Source: Alphaproteobacteria bacterium (GTDB lineage: Bacteria > Pseudomonadota > Alphaproteobacteria > UBA828). From it: DNA of 64,000 nucleotides. Of the stretch, positions 9,251-18,975 are shown piece after piece; the stretch's first letter is position 1; each line of letters starts with the position of its first letter. The translations under genes and the position numbers were made by a program. The notes under the pieces are model-generated. The model worked only from the letters and a program-made list of their open reading frames with translations, was not told where the DNA came from and ran no database searches. The stretch spans positions 1,856,001 to 1,920,000 of the forward strand of contig CBDEFM010000002.1 of the NCBI GenBank assembly GCA_965237415.1, read 5' to 3'.

Positions 9251-9943
9251 TCACGACATATGCTGCGCGGCCGGAAAGTCGGGGATGGGTTTCCCGGGCC
9301 CGATACCGGATCGCAAGACCCCGTACGGCGGCAATACGACGCAAGGCTGGGAAGACATTGTGAGGCCGGATTCGATCAGCTCGCGCTGGACCGCGAGCGT
9401 GTTGTCGAGGATCAGGGCGACGAGGAAGAAGAAGCAGCCGAGGAAGAGCAGCGCCATTTTGGCGAAGTCGGACGGCCCGAACCATACCAGCAGCAGCGGC
9501 GCGAAGGAGGCCGCCGGCAGATAGCGCCAGCCCCCGGTGGTGGGGCTGATGAGGGCGCGCAGTTTGACGAAGCAGCCCATCAGGACGCCGAGCGGCACCG
9601 CGATCAGGCTGGCGGCGAAGAAGCTCGCATAGATGCGGTAAAGGCTGGTGCCGACATCGGCGATGAAGTTCTTCTCGGCGAACAGGTAGGAGATCTCGCC
9701 CACCACCAGCTCGACGCTCGGCAGGAAGCGCTGCTTCTCCTCGGGCGTCACGTAGTGGGCGACTTCCCAGACGGCGAAGAAGACGATGACGCCCACGATC
9801 CCCAGCACGACGGCGCGCTGCTGGCTGAGCTTGCCGAGAACGTCGAGAAAGGGCGCGCGCGGCGGTCTGAAGACCGGCGCGGCACCGCTTGGCTGAGTGC
9901 CCGTCTCGGTCTGCGGTGCGCCCCCGGCGTGCTCCGGCGCCAT
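9251..9943 (-). pseudogene. ABC transporter permease (SsuC/TauC-like), 3'-truncated at about 9355
   Basis: SLYRI...AVPLGVLMG...RYLPAASFAPLLLVWFG...VQRELIESGLTM. The reading then runs into non-permease sequence at the EAA loop, so the final helices are missing. Confidence 0.75.
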
Positions 9944-9995
9944 TCATGTCGCCCCGGAGCCCGGCGGTCGTTCAGGGAGCGCGTTCGCCGCATCG

Positions 9996-10872
9996 TCACT
10001 CGACCACCGCAATCGCCTCGACCTCGATCAACAGGTCCTCGAAGGCGTAGCCGTCGACGCGGACCGCCGTCGCCGCCGGCCCGAGCGGCGGGAAGTAGCG
10101 GCGCCGCACTTCCGTCATCTTCTCCCAGTACTCGGTGGGCGAGGCGCCGCTGTCGTCGTACTGGTAATAGGTGTTGAGCTTGATCACGTCGCTCATCGCG
10201 GCGCCGGCCTCTTTCAACACTGCGATCAGGCTCTCGAACACGTTCGCGGTCTGCACGGCGATGTCGCCGGGGCCTATGGTGCGCCCCGCCTGGTCGGCGG
10301 AGATCTGGCCGCCGGCGAACACCACGTTGCCGACCCGCCAGCCCTGGGAGAACTTTACCGGCATGCTCCAGTCCCAGTGGCCCGCCGGCATGATGCGCCG
10401 GCGTTCTTGCCCGAGGTGGGCGACGCCTTCGAGCTGGATCAGCTCGCCAGGATTCGAGAAATCCTTGACCCTGACCCCCGTGCCGGCGGGCCCCGGATCC
10501 GGCAGTTGCTCCATGCGCACCCGCGTCAGCGCCTCCCAGAACTGGGTGACCTCAGGGCCGGCGCTCTCGTGCCGGTAGTAGGTGTTGAGACGCAGAAGGT
10601 CGTTCATCGAGGCCCCGGCCTCGGCGAGGACGCCCGCCACGCCGGCGAAGCAGTTGCGGGTCTGGGCTGCGATGTCGCCGGCATCCCTGAGCGAGCCGTC
10701 GGCATTGAGAGAGCGCTGGCCGCCCACGAAGACCCAGTCGCCGGCCTGCCATCCCTGCACACAGGCCACGCCGTTGCCGCGCGACCAGTGTCCCTTTGGC
10801 ATGAGCGGGCGCTTGTCCGCGCCGACGACGGCGAACGCGTCGATCTCAAGCAGGAGTCCTTCGTACCCGGCC
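9996..10872 (-). pseudogene. Multi-domain Rid (YjgF/UK114) family protein, 5'-truncated
   Basis: Two full Rid domains (GDWVFVGGQ...LIQLEGVA; GNVVFAGGQ...LLIEVEAIAVV) preceded by only the last strand of a third (EGLLLEIDAFAVV). Confidence 0.75.
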
Positions 10873-11568
10873 TGGTGCATGGAGCGTTATCCGCATCTGG
10901 TGGATGCCATCCTTGAGGGCGGGCACGAGATCGCTGCCCACGGCTATCTCCACGAGAACCCCAACGACGAATCGCGCGACCGTCAGGAATACTGGCTCGA
11001 CCGGCAGATCGACGTGATCAAGCGTATGACCGGCCAGGCGCCACGCGGCTGGCGCGCACCGCTCTACAACGCGTCCAAGCATTCGCCGACGCTGCTTGCC
11101 GAGCGCGGCATGCTCTACGACGCGAGCCTGATGGGCGACGATGTCCCCTACGTGCTGACCACGCCCAAGGGCGAGGTCATCTGCCTGCCCTCCCATTGGG
11201 GCATGGACGACTGGCCGCACTACATGCACAGCCTCGATTTCCACTACACCATGACCATCAAGTCGCCGGACGAGGCCATGCTGGTCTTCGATTCCGAGTT
11301 CGAGGCCATGTACGAGAACGGCGGCATGTTGATCACCGTCTGGCACCCCTTCGTCTCCGGCAGGCTCGCGCGGATGCGCCGCGTGGCCGCGTGGATCGAG
11401 GCGTTGCAGAAGAAGGGCGGCGTCTGGTTCGCGACGATGGACGAGATCGCGAGCCACGTGCGCAAGTGCATCGATGACGGCTCGTGGACCCCGCGGGTCG
11501 AGCAGATGCCCTACTACGACGGCCGCATCCCGGAGTGGGAGCCGCAGGAGGCCGCCGCCGCCGAGTAG
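10864..11568 (+). pseudogene. Polysaccharide deacetylase/PuuE-like CE4 hydrolase, 5'-truncated
   Basis: PAWCMERYP, GHEIAAHGYLHE, PRGWRAP, YDASLMGDDVPY, WHPFVSGR are present. The N-terminal Asp-Asp motif region is absent and upstream in-frame sequence is the antisense of the Rid gene. Confidence 0.78.
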
Positions 11569-11727
11569 CGCCGGCTTAGCCCAGGGCGCGTCGAGGCGCG
11601 AGCATCCGCGCCTGCGGCGTCTCCTGGCGTTCGTGGCCGAACGAGGCAGCCTTTCCATGTCGGCCCCCCAGTGTGCGTCGGCCCGCAAATTGCGCTATCG
11701 AGAGGCCGGAAGCACGAGGTGCCACGC

Positions 11728-13614
11728 ATGACCGATATGCCCGAGAGCAGTGAGACGGGGCAGGCGACCGGGTCGACACCTCCGTCCAACAGGGTCTTCC
11801 CGAGCCCCTTCGATCTACCCACGCCCGATGGCGCAGAAGGCTGGGAAGAACTCTATCCCTATTACTGCCTGATCAGCGACGAGCGTCGCGAGATGGAGGA
11901 GGGAAAGTTCTGGTTCTTCGACGGGATGCACAACCCGGAACCGCTCTATCCCTTCGACACCATCATGACCGAGAACTGGTGGGTGGCTGCCAGTCAGATG
12001 GCGAGCCGCGTGTGGCCCATTCCCGTTGCCATGGGCATCGATCAGCGCCTGGTCAACGGCTACATCTATGTGAGCCCCAACAGCGTCACCGACCCCGACC
12101 AGATCGCCGCGCGCCACGAGCATTTTGCCCGCCGCGCCGGCCACTACTTCGAGAATTGGGACGAGATCTACGGCAACTGGGTCGAGAAGGCGAAGGATTG
12201 CATCGCGCGCTTGACGGAGATCGAGTTCCGTCCGCTACCGGAGTTGGAGCCGGAGGAGAACGTCTTCGGTCATCGCGGCGTCTACTCCTCGCACGACCTG
12301 CTCAGCGCCTATAACAGGCTGATCGAGAACATGCTCGAGATGGGGTCCTACCATTTCGAGATGCTGAACCTCGGCTACGGCGCCTACCTGACGTTCCGCG
12401 AATTCTGCCAGCAGGCGTTTCCGGGCATCACCGACCGGACGCTCACGCAAATCGTCTGCGGCATCGATAATCTATTGCTGCGGCCCGACGACAAGGTCCG
12501 TGAACTGGCCGCACTCGCGGTCGAGCGGAACCTCACCGACGTCGTACTCGGCCATCACGATCCCGACGCGATGCTGGCGGCCATGGCGAAGGCGCAGGGC
12601 GGGGCGGCGTGGCTGGAGGCGTTCGAGGAGGCGAAGGAGCCGTGGTTCCACTTCTCCACAGGCGTCGGCTACGACCATTCCGATCCGGTGTGGATCGACG
12701 ATCTGCGGCTGCCGTTCATTGCGCTCCGCGGCTATGTCGAGGCATTGCAGCGCGGCGAGGACATCCGCCGCCCGCTCGACCGCTTGCTGGCGGAGCGCAG
12801 CCGGGTGACGGAGGAATACCGCGCCCTTCTGCCCACCGATGAGGACCGCGAAGCGTTCGACGGCCTGCTGGCCCTCACCTGCAAGGTCTTCCCCTACGTC
12901 GAGGATCACAACTTCTACGTCGAGCACTGGCACCACACGATCTTCTGGTCGAAGGTGCGCGAGCTCGCGGACGTCTTCGTCGCGCACGACTTCTTCGACG
13001 ATCGCGAGGACTTCTTCTACCTGCACCGCCATGAGGTTTACGACGCGCTCTACGATCTGCTGATCGGCTGGGCCACGGGCACGCCGCCGAGAGGAGAAGT
13101 GTATTGGCGCCCAATCGTCGCGCGGCGACGGCGAATTCGCGACTCACTGAGAGCGTGGACGCCGCTGCCGGCGTTGGGAACGCCGCCGTCTGTCGTCACC
13201 GAGCCCATCACCATCATGCTGTGGGGGATCACCGAGAAGACGATCGAGGAGTGGCTCGGCGTCGATCCCGCCGCCAGCAGCGATGTCCTGCGCGGCGTGC
13301 CCGCCTCGGCCGGCAAGGTGAGAGGCCCGGCCCGCGTGATAACCCGGTCCGAGGATCTCTATGACATCGACGAGGGCGAGATCCTGGTGTGCCGGATTAC
13401 GGCGCCGAGCTGGGCGGCCGTCTTCTCCCGCATCGCCGCGGCGGTCTCCGATGTCGGCGGCATGATGGCGCACACCGCGATCATCTCGCGCGAGTACGGC
13501 CTCCCCGCGGTTGTGGGCGTGGGCTTCGCGACGGCAACGATTCGGACCGGCGATCGGGTCGAGGTCGACGGCAACGAGGGCATAGTAACGGTGCTGGAGA
13601 GAGCCGCGACGTGA
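11728..13614 (+). CDS. PEP-utilising enzyme with swivelling phospho-His domain and large substrate-binding domain (phenylphosphate synthase alpha / rifampin phosphotransferase-like)
   Basis: C-terminal GEILVCRITAPSW...GGMMAHTAIISREYGLPAVVG...GDRVEVDGNEGIV. Confidence 0.88.
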   Translation: MTDMPESSETGQATGSTPPSNRVFPSPFDLPTPDGAEGWEELYPYYCLISDERREMEEGKFWFFDGMHNPEPLYPFDTIMTENWWVAASQMASRVWPIPVAMGIDQRLVNGYIYVSPNSVTDPDQIAARHEHFARRAGHYFENWDEIYGNWVEKAKDCIARLTEIEFRPLPELEPEENVFGHRGVYSSHDLLSAYNRLIENMLEMGSYHFEMLNLGYGAYLTFREFCQQAFPGITDRTLTQIVCGIDNLLLRPDDKVRELAALAVERNLTDVVLGHHDPDAMLAAMAKAQGGAAWLEAFEEAKEPWFHFSTGVGYDHSDPVWIDDLRLPFIALRGYVEALQRGEDIRRPLDRLLAERSRVTEEYRALLPTDEDREAFDGLLALTCKVFPYVEDHNFYVEHWHHTIFWSKVRELADVFVAHDFFDDREDFFYLHRHEVYDALYDLLIGWATGTPPRGEVYWRPIVARRRRIRDSLRAWTPLPALGTPPSVVTEPITIMLWGITEKTIEEWLGVDPAASSDVLRGVPASAGKVRGPARVITRSEDLYDIDEGEILVCRITAPSWAAVFSRIAAAVSDVGGMMAHTAIISREYGLPAVVGVGFATATIRTGDRVEVDGNEGIVTVLERAAT

Positions 13615-14705
13615 CCGACGATCCCCTCATCCTCTGGCTGGACCACGGGAGCGCGCCGGGGAATCCGCTGCTTGGCGGAAAGTTCGCCAGTCTCGCCGAG
13701 ATGACGGCGGCCGGTTTCTCCGTTCCTCCGGGTTTCGGCGTGACCACCGCCGCCTATCGCGCCTTCATGGAGCACGCGGACCTGCGACCGGAGGCGGAGC
13801 GGGTGCGGGACGCGGCTCGCGATATGGCGGTCGTGGACATCGGGAAGGATCGGGCGCGGCTCGTGGAGGCCATTGGCGCGTCCCCCATGCCGGAGGCGCT
13901 GGAGACGGCGATCCGACACGGCTATCGCCTTCTCGAAGAGAGGACGAATCGAGCCGGTGTGCCGGTCGCCGTGCGCTCCAGCGGCGAGGCGGAAGACCTC
14001 GCCGATGCAAGCTTCGCCGGCCAGTACGATACCTATCTCTGGATCGTCGGCGCCGATGCGGTGCTCCGCCAAGTCAGGGCGTGCTGGGCCAGCATGTTCG
14101 GCGATACGGCCCTCACTTACCGGGCGGGCGGTGATGACGCCGCGGTCGCTGGCGGCGGCATCTGCGTCGGTATCCAGCAGATGGTGGAGGCGCGCGCCGC
14201 CGGCGTCATGTTCACCCTCGACCCGCTGAACGGCGACCGTTCGAAGATTGTCATGGAGGCGTGCTGGGGTCTCGGCGAGGGGGTGGTGAAAGGCGACGTG
14301 ACACCGAGCCGGTTCACGATCGACAAGGTGACGTTGGAGATCGTCAAACGGGATGTCGTTCCTCAATCGGAGGAGTACCGCTTCGATCCCGCCTCGAGCG
14401 CGGTAAGGCTGATGCCGATCGCGCCCGAGCGGACACGCACGGCCTGCATCGAGGACGCCGAGGCGCTCGCGCTCGCGAAACTCGCGAAACAGATCGAGGG
14501 ACGGCGCGGCGCAGCGCAGGATATCGAATGGGCGATCGGCGCAGACGGCGATGTGCGCATCCTCCAGGTCCGGCCCGAAACGGTATGGAGCCAACGAGAG
14601 AGCGCGGGCCTCGTCTCCGAGAGCAGGACCGCCGTCGGACACGTGCTCGCACGGCTCTCGGGCGGCCGGGTGGCAGCGGCAGGCCCCGGACACCGAAACT
14701 CGTGA
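13611..14705 (+). CDS. PEP synthase/PPDK ATP-grasp N-terminal domain protein (phenylphosphate synthase beta-like)
   Basis: GGKFASL, VPPGF, VAVRSSGEAEDLADASFAGQYDT, AGVMFT, WGLGEGVVKG, QDIEWA, ILQVRPET; GTGA overlap with the upstream stop. Confidence 0.9.
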   Translation: MTDDPLILWLDHGSAPGNPLLGGKFASLAEMTAAGFSVPPGFGVTTAAYRAFMEHADLRPEAERVRDAARDMAVVDIGKDRARLVEAIGASPMPEALETAIRHGYRLLEERTNRAGVPVAVRSSGEAEDLADASFAGQYDTYLWIVGADAVLRQVRACWASMFGDTALTYRAGGDDAAVAGGGICVGIQQMVEARAAGVMFTLDPLNGDRSKIVMEACWGLGEGVVKGDVTPSRFTIDKVTLEIVKRDVVPQSEEYRFDPASSAVRLMPIAPERTRTACIEDAEALALAKLAKQIEGRRGAAQDIEWAIGADGDVRILQVRPETVWSQRESAGLVSESRTAVGHVLARLSGGRVAAAGPGHRNS

Positions 14706-15566
14706 AGAGCGCCGACTTCGCCTATCACCGCCCCGGCGACATCGCGGACGCCGTGCGCTGCCTGCAAGACTACGACGGCGGCGCCCGCATTCTGGCGGGC
14801 GGGCAGAGCTTGGTGCCGATGATGAACATGCGGCTCTGGCGACCCGAGGCGCTGATCGACATCAACGGGCTGACCGGCCTCGCCGGCGTGACGGGGCACG
14901 GGGACGAAACGCGGATCGGCGCGCTGGTCCGCTACACCACGCTGGAGTTCTCGCCGGTCGTCGCCGAGCGCCTTCCCTTGTTGCGGGCGATGGTGGCGTT
15001 TGTCGGCGATCGCCAGGTGCGCAATCGCGGCACGATTGGGGGCAGCCTGGTGCAGGGGGACCCGACGGGGGAAATGCCGCTGGGTTGTCTGGTCCTCGAC
15101 GCAACGGTCAGCGTCCTCGGGCCTTCCGGCGCGCGCAGCATCGCGATGGCTGACCTCTACGAGGGCGCCTACGCGGCCACGCTCGCACCCGACGAGCTGC
15201 TGACGGAGGTCCGCTTTCCCCCGGCATCCACCGCACTTCGCCTTTCGCGAGTGCTGCCGCAGACACAATGATTTTTGCGTGCTCTCGGTGGCTGCGGCGG
15301 GGCGAGTCTCGGACGTCGGCCGCTGGAGCGGGCTCCGCATCGGGCTCGGCGGGGTCAACGACACGCCCGTTCTGGCCGACGCCAGCATGGCATTGCTGGA
15401 GGGGAGCCGCCTCGACGACGCGGACATCGCGGCGGCAGGCGAGGCTGCGCGCGGCGCCATCGATCCGCCGGACGACATCCGGGGGTCGGCCGAATACCGC
15501 GCCCACCTCGTGCTGCTCTACGTCGCGCGCGTGCTGCGCGATTTGCGTACCTCGGCGCGCGACTGA
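14702..15566 (+). pseudogene. Xanthine dehydrogenase-family FAD-binding (medium) subunit with a +1 frameshift in the C5 run at 15218-15222
   Basis: LAGGQSLVPMMNMRL and VRNRGTIGGS lie in the first frame. FAFRECCRRHNDFCVLSVAA...DDIRGSAEYRAHL continues in the +1 frame. Confidence 0.85.
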
Positions 15567-15593
15567 CTTCGGCCGGGCGCGAGAGGTCGAGCG

Positions 15594-16100
15594 ATGAAGT
15601 TTCGCCACGAGTTCCGCGTGCGGGAGAGCAGCGACAAGGTCTGGCGCTTCTTCGAGAGTCCGCTGGACGTCGCGCGCTGCATCCCCGGCGTCGAAGCGGT
15701 GGAGCCGATCGAGGACGGCGATGACAGCTATTCCGTCCGCGCGACCCAGAAGCTGGGTCCCATGTCGGCGACCTTTCAGGCCAAGGTTCGCATCACCGAG
15801 CGCGTCCACGGAGAACGGATCGAATTCACCGCGACGGGCAAGGCGGTGCGCGGCGCGGTCGGCAACTTCAGGGCCCAGAACGCGGTCACGCTCATACCGG
15901 AAGGCGACGAAACCTGCGTCGCGGTGGAGGGCGAGGTCGCGCTGGCCGGCGTGCTCGGCACTGTCGGAAGCGCGGTGATCAACAAGCAGGCCGCAAAGAC
16001 GACCGCCGCGTTCGCCTGCAACCTGGAGCAAGCGCTATCGGCTGCGGGAGAGCCGCGCGCCGGATCCCAGTCGGAGGAGACCGTCGTTGAGCGGGAATGA
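15594..16100 (+). CDS. CoxG/SRPBCC family protein
   Basis: VWRFFESPLDVARCIPG, LGPMSATFQ, GVLGTVGSAVI; located between Mo-hydroxylase subunits. Confidence 0.85.
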   Translation: MKFRHEFRVRESSDKVWRFFESPLDVARCIPGVEAVEPIEDGDDSYSVRATQKLGPMSATFQAKVRITERVHGERIEFTATGKAVRGAVGNFRAQNAVTLIPEGDETCVAVEGEVALAGVLGTVGSAVINKQAAKTTAAFACNLEQALSAAGEPRAGSQSEETVVERE

Positions 16101-16596
16101 GCGCGCGATCAGCTTCCGGCTGAACGGAGACCCGGTGTCGGCGGACGCGCCCACCCGCATGCACGCGGCCGACTTCCTGCGCCATCGCCTGGGCTGGACC
16201 GGCACCCACGTCGGTTGCGAGCAGGGCGTCTGCGGCATGTGCACGATCCTGGTCGACGGCGCCGCGATCAAGTCCTGCTTGATGCTCGCGGTGCAGTTGG
16301 ACGGCGCGGACGTGCTAACGGTCGAATCCCTGGCCGAGGACGACCGCCTCAATGACGCGCAAGACGCCTTCAAGAGGCACCACGCGCTGCAATGCGGCTA
16401 CTGCACGCCCGGCTTCCTCATGGTGGCGGTGAGCCTGAAGGCCAGCGGGCGCACGCTCTCCCGCGCGGAGGTCCGGGAGGAGCTCGCCGGTGTCCTCTGC
16501 CGCTGCACCGGCTACGAGAACATCCTGCGTGCGGTGGAGGATTATCTGGGCGCGGACCGCGTCAAGGAGCCGCCCGATGGCGAGGTATCGCGGTGA
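16087..16596 (+). CDS. Mo-hydroxylase 2Fe-2S (small) subunit
   Basis: GCEQGVCGMCT...SC and QCGYCTPG...LCRCTGY; TTG start with GGAGG RBS. Confidence 0.93.
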   Translation: MSGNERAISFRLNGDPVSADAPTRMHAADFLRHRLGWTGTHVGCEQGVCGMCTILVDGAAIKSCLMLAVQLDGADVLTVESLAEDDRLNDAQDAFKRHHALQCGYCTPGFLMVAVSLKASGRTLSRAEVREELAGVLCRCTGYENILRAVEDYLGADRVKEPPDGEVSR

Positions 16597-18965
16597 GCAG
16601 GTCGCGCCAGAGCCTGATCGGCGCAGCCCTCACGCGCAAGGAGGACGATCGTCTGCTGCGGGGCGACGGTCTCTTCACCGATGACGTGCACCTCGCCCAC
16701 CAGCTTGAGATGGCGGTCGGCCGCTGCCCTTTCCCCCGCGCCGCGATTGGCGCGATCGACGTGGCGCAAGCCCGCGCCGTGCCCGGCGTCCGTCACATTT
16801 TGACGGGTGCCGACGTGCGGGCCGCGAGCGGGCCGCTGACGGTTCTGAGGCCGGTGCCCGGCGCGCCGTTGCTGCCCTACTACGCGCTGGCGGCCGAGCA
16901 GGCGATCCACGAGGGCCAGCCGGTGGTGAGCGTGGTCGCGACGAGCCGCGCGATTGCAGAGGACGCGCTGGACCTCATCGACATCGACTACGAGCCGCTG
17001 CCGCATGTGACGGACACGCTGGGCGCGCTCGCCGACGACGCACCGGTTCTGCATCCCGAGACGCTGACGTCGAACCTGCTGGCGAGCAACGTGGACCGCG
17101 CGGGCGATCCGGAGGATCGCATGGTCGCCGCCGAGGTCGTCGTCGAGGGGCGCTTCCGTGTGAACCGGGTGAGCGCGCTCCCCATGGAGCCGCGCGGTAT
17201 CGTCGCCCATTGGCGGGCAGGCGCGCGCACGCTGGAGGTCCATGCCTCCACCCAGACGCCGCACTTGATCCGGCAGCAGTTGGCGGAGTGCCTGCCGCTC
17301 GATGAGGGGTGCATTCGGGTCATCGCATCCGATGTGGGCGGCGGCTTCGGCATGAAACTCGGCCTCTATCCGGAGGACGTGCTGGCGGTGCTGCATGCGA
17401 TGGCGCTGCGACGACCGGTCAAGTGGATCGAAGACCGCCTGGAGTTCTTCCGCGCCAGCACCCATGCGCGCGAGGCCGTGCACGACGTCCAGATCGGTGC
17501 GGAGGCCGATGGTCGCATCGTCGCGATTACCAACCAGTACACCACCGACCTGGGCGCCTGGAACTCGACGTACGGCTCGGCGCAGCTCTCGAGCGTGGTC
17601 TTCACCGGCCCCTACAAGGTGGCCGATGCAGCCGTCGAGCGCCGCGTCGCGCTCACCAACAAGACCCCGATCGGGGCCTATCGCGGCTACGGTCAGCCGG
17701 AAGTCAATTTTGCGCTGGAGGTCCTCATCGACCGGCTGGCGCGCCGCCTGAAGATCGACCCGCTGGAACTGCGCCGGAAGAACATGTTGCGGCCGGAAGA
17801 TCTGCCCTGGACCACGCCGAGCCGGGCCGTCTACGACAGCGGCGACTATCTGAAGACCCTGGAGATGGCCGCCGAGGCCGTCGATTACGACGCGCATCGC
17901 GCCGGCCGCCGGGAAGACCGGGGCGAGGGGCGGTTGACGGGCATCGGCTTCGCCTCCTTCGTCGAGCGCACGGGTTATGCCAGCGCGCGCTTCCTCGCGG
18001 GCCGTGGCTCACGCTTCGGCGCCCACGAGAGCGTGATCCTGCGGGCGAACCGCTCCGGCGGCATCGACCTCTACACCGGCGTCTCGACCTTCGGCCAGGG
18101 GAGCGAGACGGCGTTCGCCCAGATCTGCGCCGAGGTCTTCGGCATCGACTACGAGGCGATCCACGTCCATGCCGGCGACAGCGGAGCATCGCCCCTCAAC
18201 ACCGGCGCCTTCGCCTCGCGCACCCTGATCGCGGCTGCCGGCGCCATCCGCGAGGCCGCGGACGCGCTCCGCAACAAGACCCTGCGCATCGCGGCCATGG
18301 TCCTGCAATCGACGCCGGAGGCGCTGGAGGTAAGCAGCCGCGCCGTCCGCGTCCGCGACGAGCCTGGGCGCACCGTCCCCCTCGCCGAGATCTTCACCCG
18401 GGCGATCATCGGGCAGGGTATTCCGGAGAGCGAGGAGCCGGGTCTCGACGCGACCGCGCACTTCGAGCCCTCGCACGCGGCGTTCTCGTTCGGGACCGCC
18501 GCCGCCGTCGTCTCGGTCGATCCCGAGAGCGGCGCGTTCGACGTGGAGCGCTTCGTCATGGCCCACGACTGCGGCGTCGCGGTCAACCCGCCCCTGGTGG
18601 AGGGCCAGGTGCGCGGCGGCCTGGTGCAGGGGCTCGGCGCGGCGCTGGCGGAGGAGCTTCGCTACGACGAGGGCACCGGCCAGCTCGTGAGCGGCAGCAT
18701 GCTGGATTACTTCGCGCCGACCATCATGGATGTCCCGCGCATCGACCTGGTGCACACGGAGGTTCCGTCCCCGGTCACGACCTTCGGGGTCCGTGGCGTC
18801 GGCGAGGTCGGCACGATCCCGCCGGCGGCAGCGGTCACCAACGCCGTCTGCGACGCGCTGGCGGACTTCGGCGTGGAATTCTCGGACCTGCCGCTGACCC
18901 CGGAGCGCGTCTGGCAGGCGCTGTCGCAGGCGAGGGACGCCCGCGCGGCCCGCGCGCCACGATGA
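16593..18965 (+). CDS. Xanthine dehydrogenase-family molybdopterin-binding (large) subunit
   Basis: RKEDDRLLRG, DVGGGFGMK, AYRGYGQPE, GQGSET, GAFASR, EGQVRGG, RGVGEVG. Confidence 0.95.
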   Translation: MSRSRQSLIGAALTRKEDDRLLRGDGLFTDDVHLAHQLEMAVGRCPFPRAAIGAIDVAQARAVPGVRHILTGADVRAASGPLTVLRPVPGAPLLPYYALAAEQAIHEGQPVVSVVATSRAIAEDALDLIDIDYEPLPHVTDTLGALADDAPVLHPETLTSNLLASNVDRAGDPEDRMVAAEVVVEGRFRVNRVSALPMEPRGIVAHWRAGARTLEVHASTQTPHLIRQQLAECLPLDEGCIRVIASDVGGGFGMKLGLYPEDVLAVLHAMALRRPVKWIEDRLEFFRASTHAREAVHDVQIGAEADGRIVAITNQYTTDLGAWNSTYGSAQLSSVVFTGPYKVADAAVERRVALTNKTPIGAYRGYGQPEVNFALEVLIDRLARRLKIDPLELRRKNMLRPEDLPWTTPSRAVYDSGDYLKTLEMAAEAVDYDAHRAGRREDRGEGRLTGIGFASFVERTGYASARFLAGRGSRFGAHESVILRANRSGGIDLYTGVSTFGQGSETAFAQICAEVFGIDYEAIHVHAGDSGASPLNTGAFASRTLIAAAGAIREAADALRNKTLRIAAMVLQSTPEALEVSSRAVRVRDEPGRTVPLAEIFTRAIIGQGIPESEEPGLDATAHFEPSHAAFSFGTAAAVVSVDPESGAFDVERFVMAHDCGVAVNPPLVEGQVRGGLVQGLGAALAEELRYDEGTGQLVSGSMLDYFAPTIMDVPRIDLVHTEVPSPVTTFGVRGVGEVGTIPPAAAVTNAVCDALADFGVEFSDLPLTPERVWQALSQARDARAARAPR

Positions 18966-18975
18966 GGTAGCTGAC

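Noticed and set aside
9270-9350. Possible riboswitch (several GCAA motifs) or metallo-beta-lactamase-fold gene remnant (frame reads ...TPYGGNTT...)
   Set aside because: Stems are imperfect and match no riboswitch consensus I can verify by eye. The peptide similarity is too short to support a call.
11728-14705. Gluconeogenic PEP synthase or rifampicin resistance kinase
   Set aside because: No pyruvate-binding TIM barrel, the protein is split in two, and it is embedded in a Mo-hydroxylase operon.
14702-18965. Aerobic CO dehydrogenase (coxMSL/G) call
   Set aside because: The large subunit has AYRGYG, not the form I AYxCSFR loop; coxDEF are absent and the context is heteroaromatic catabolism.
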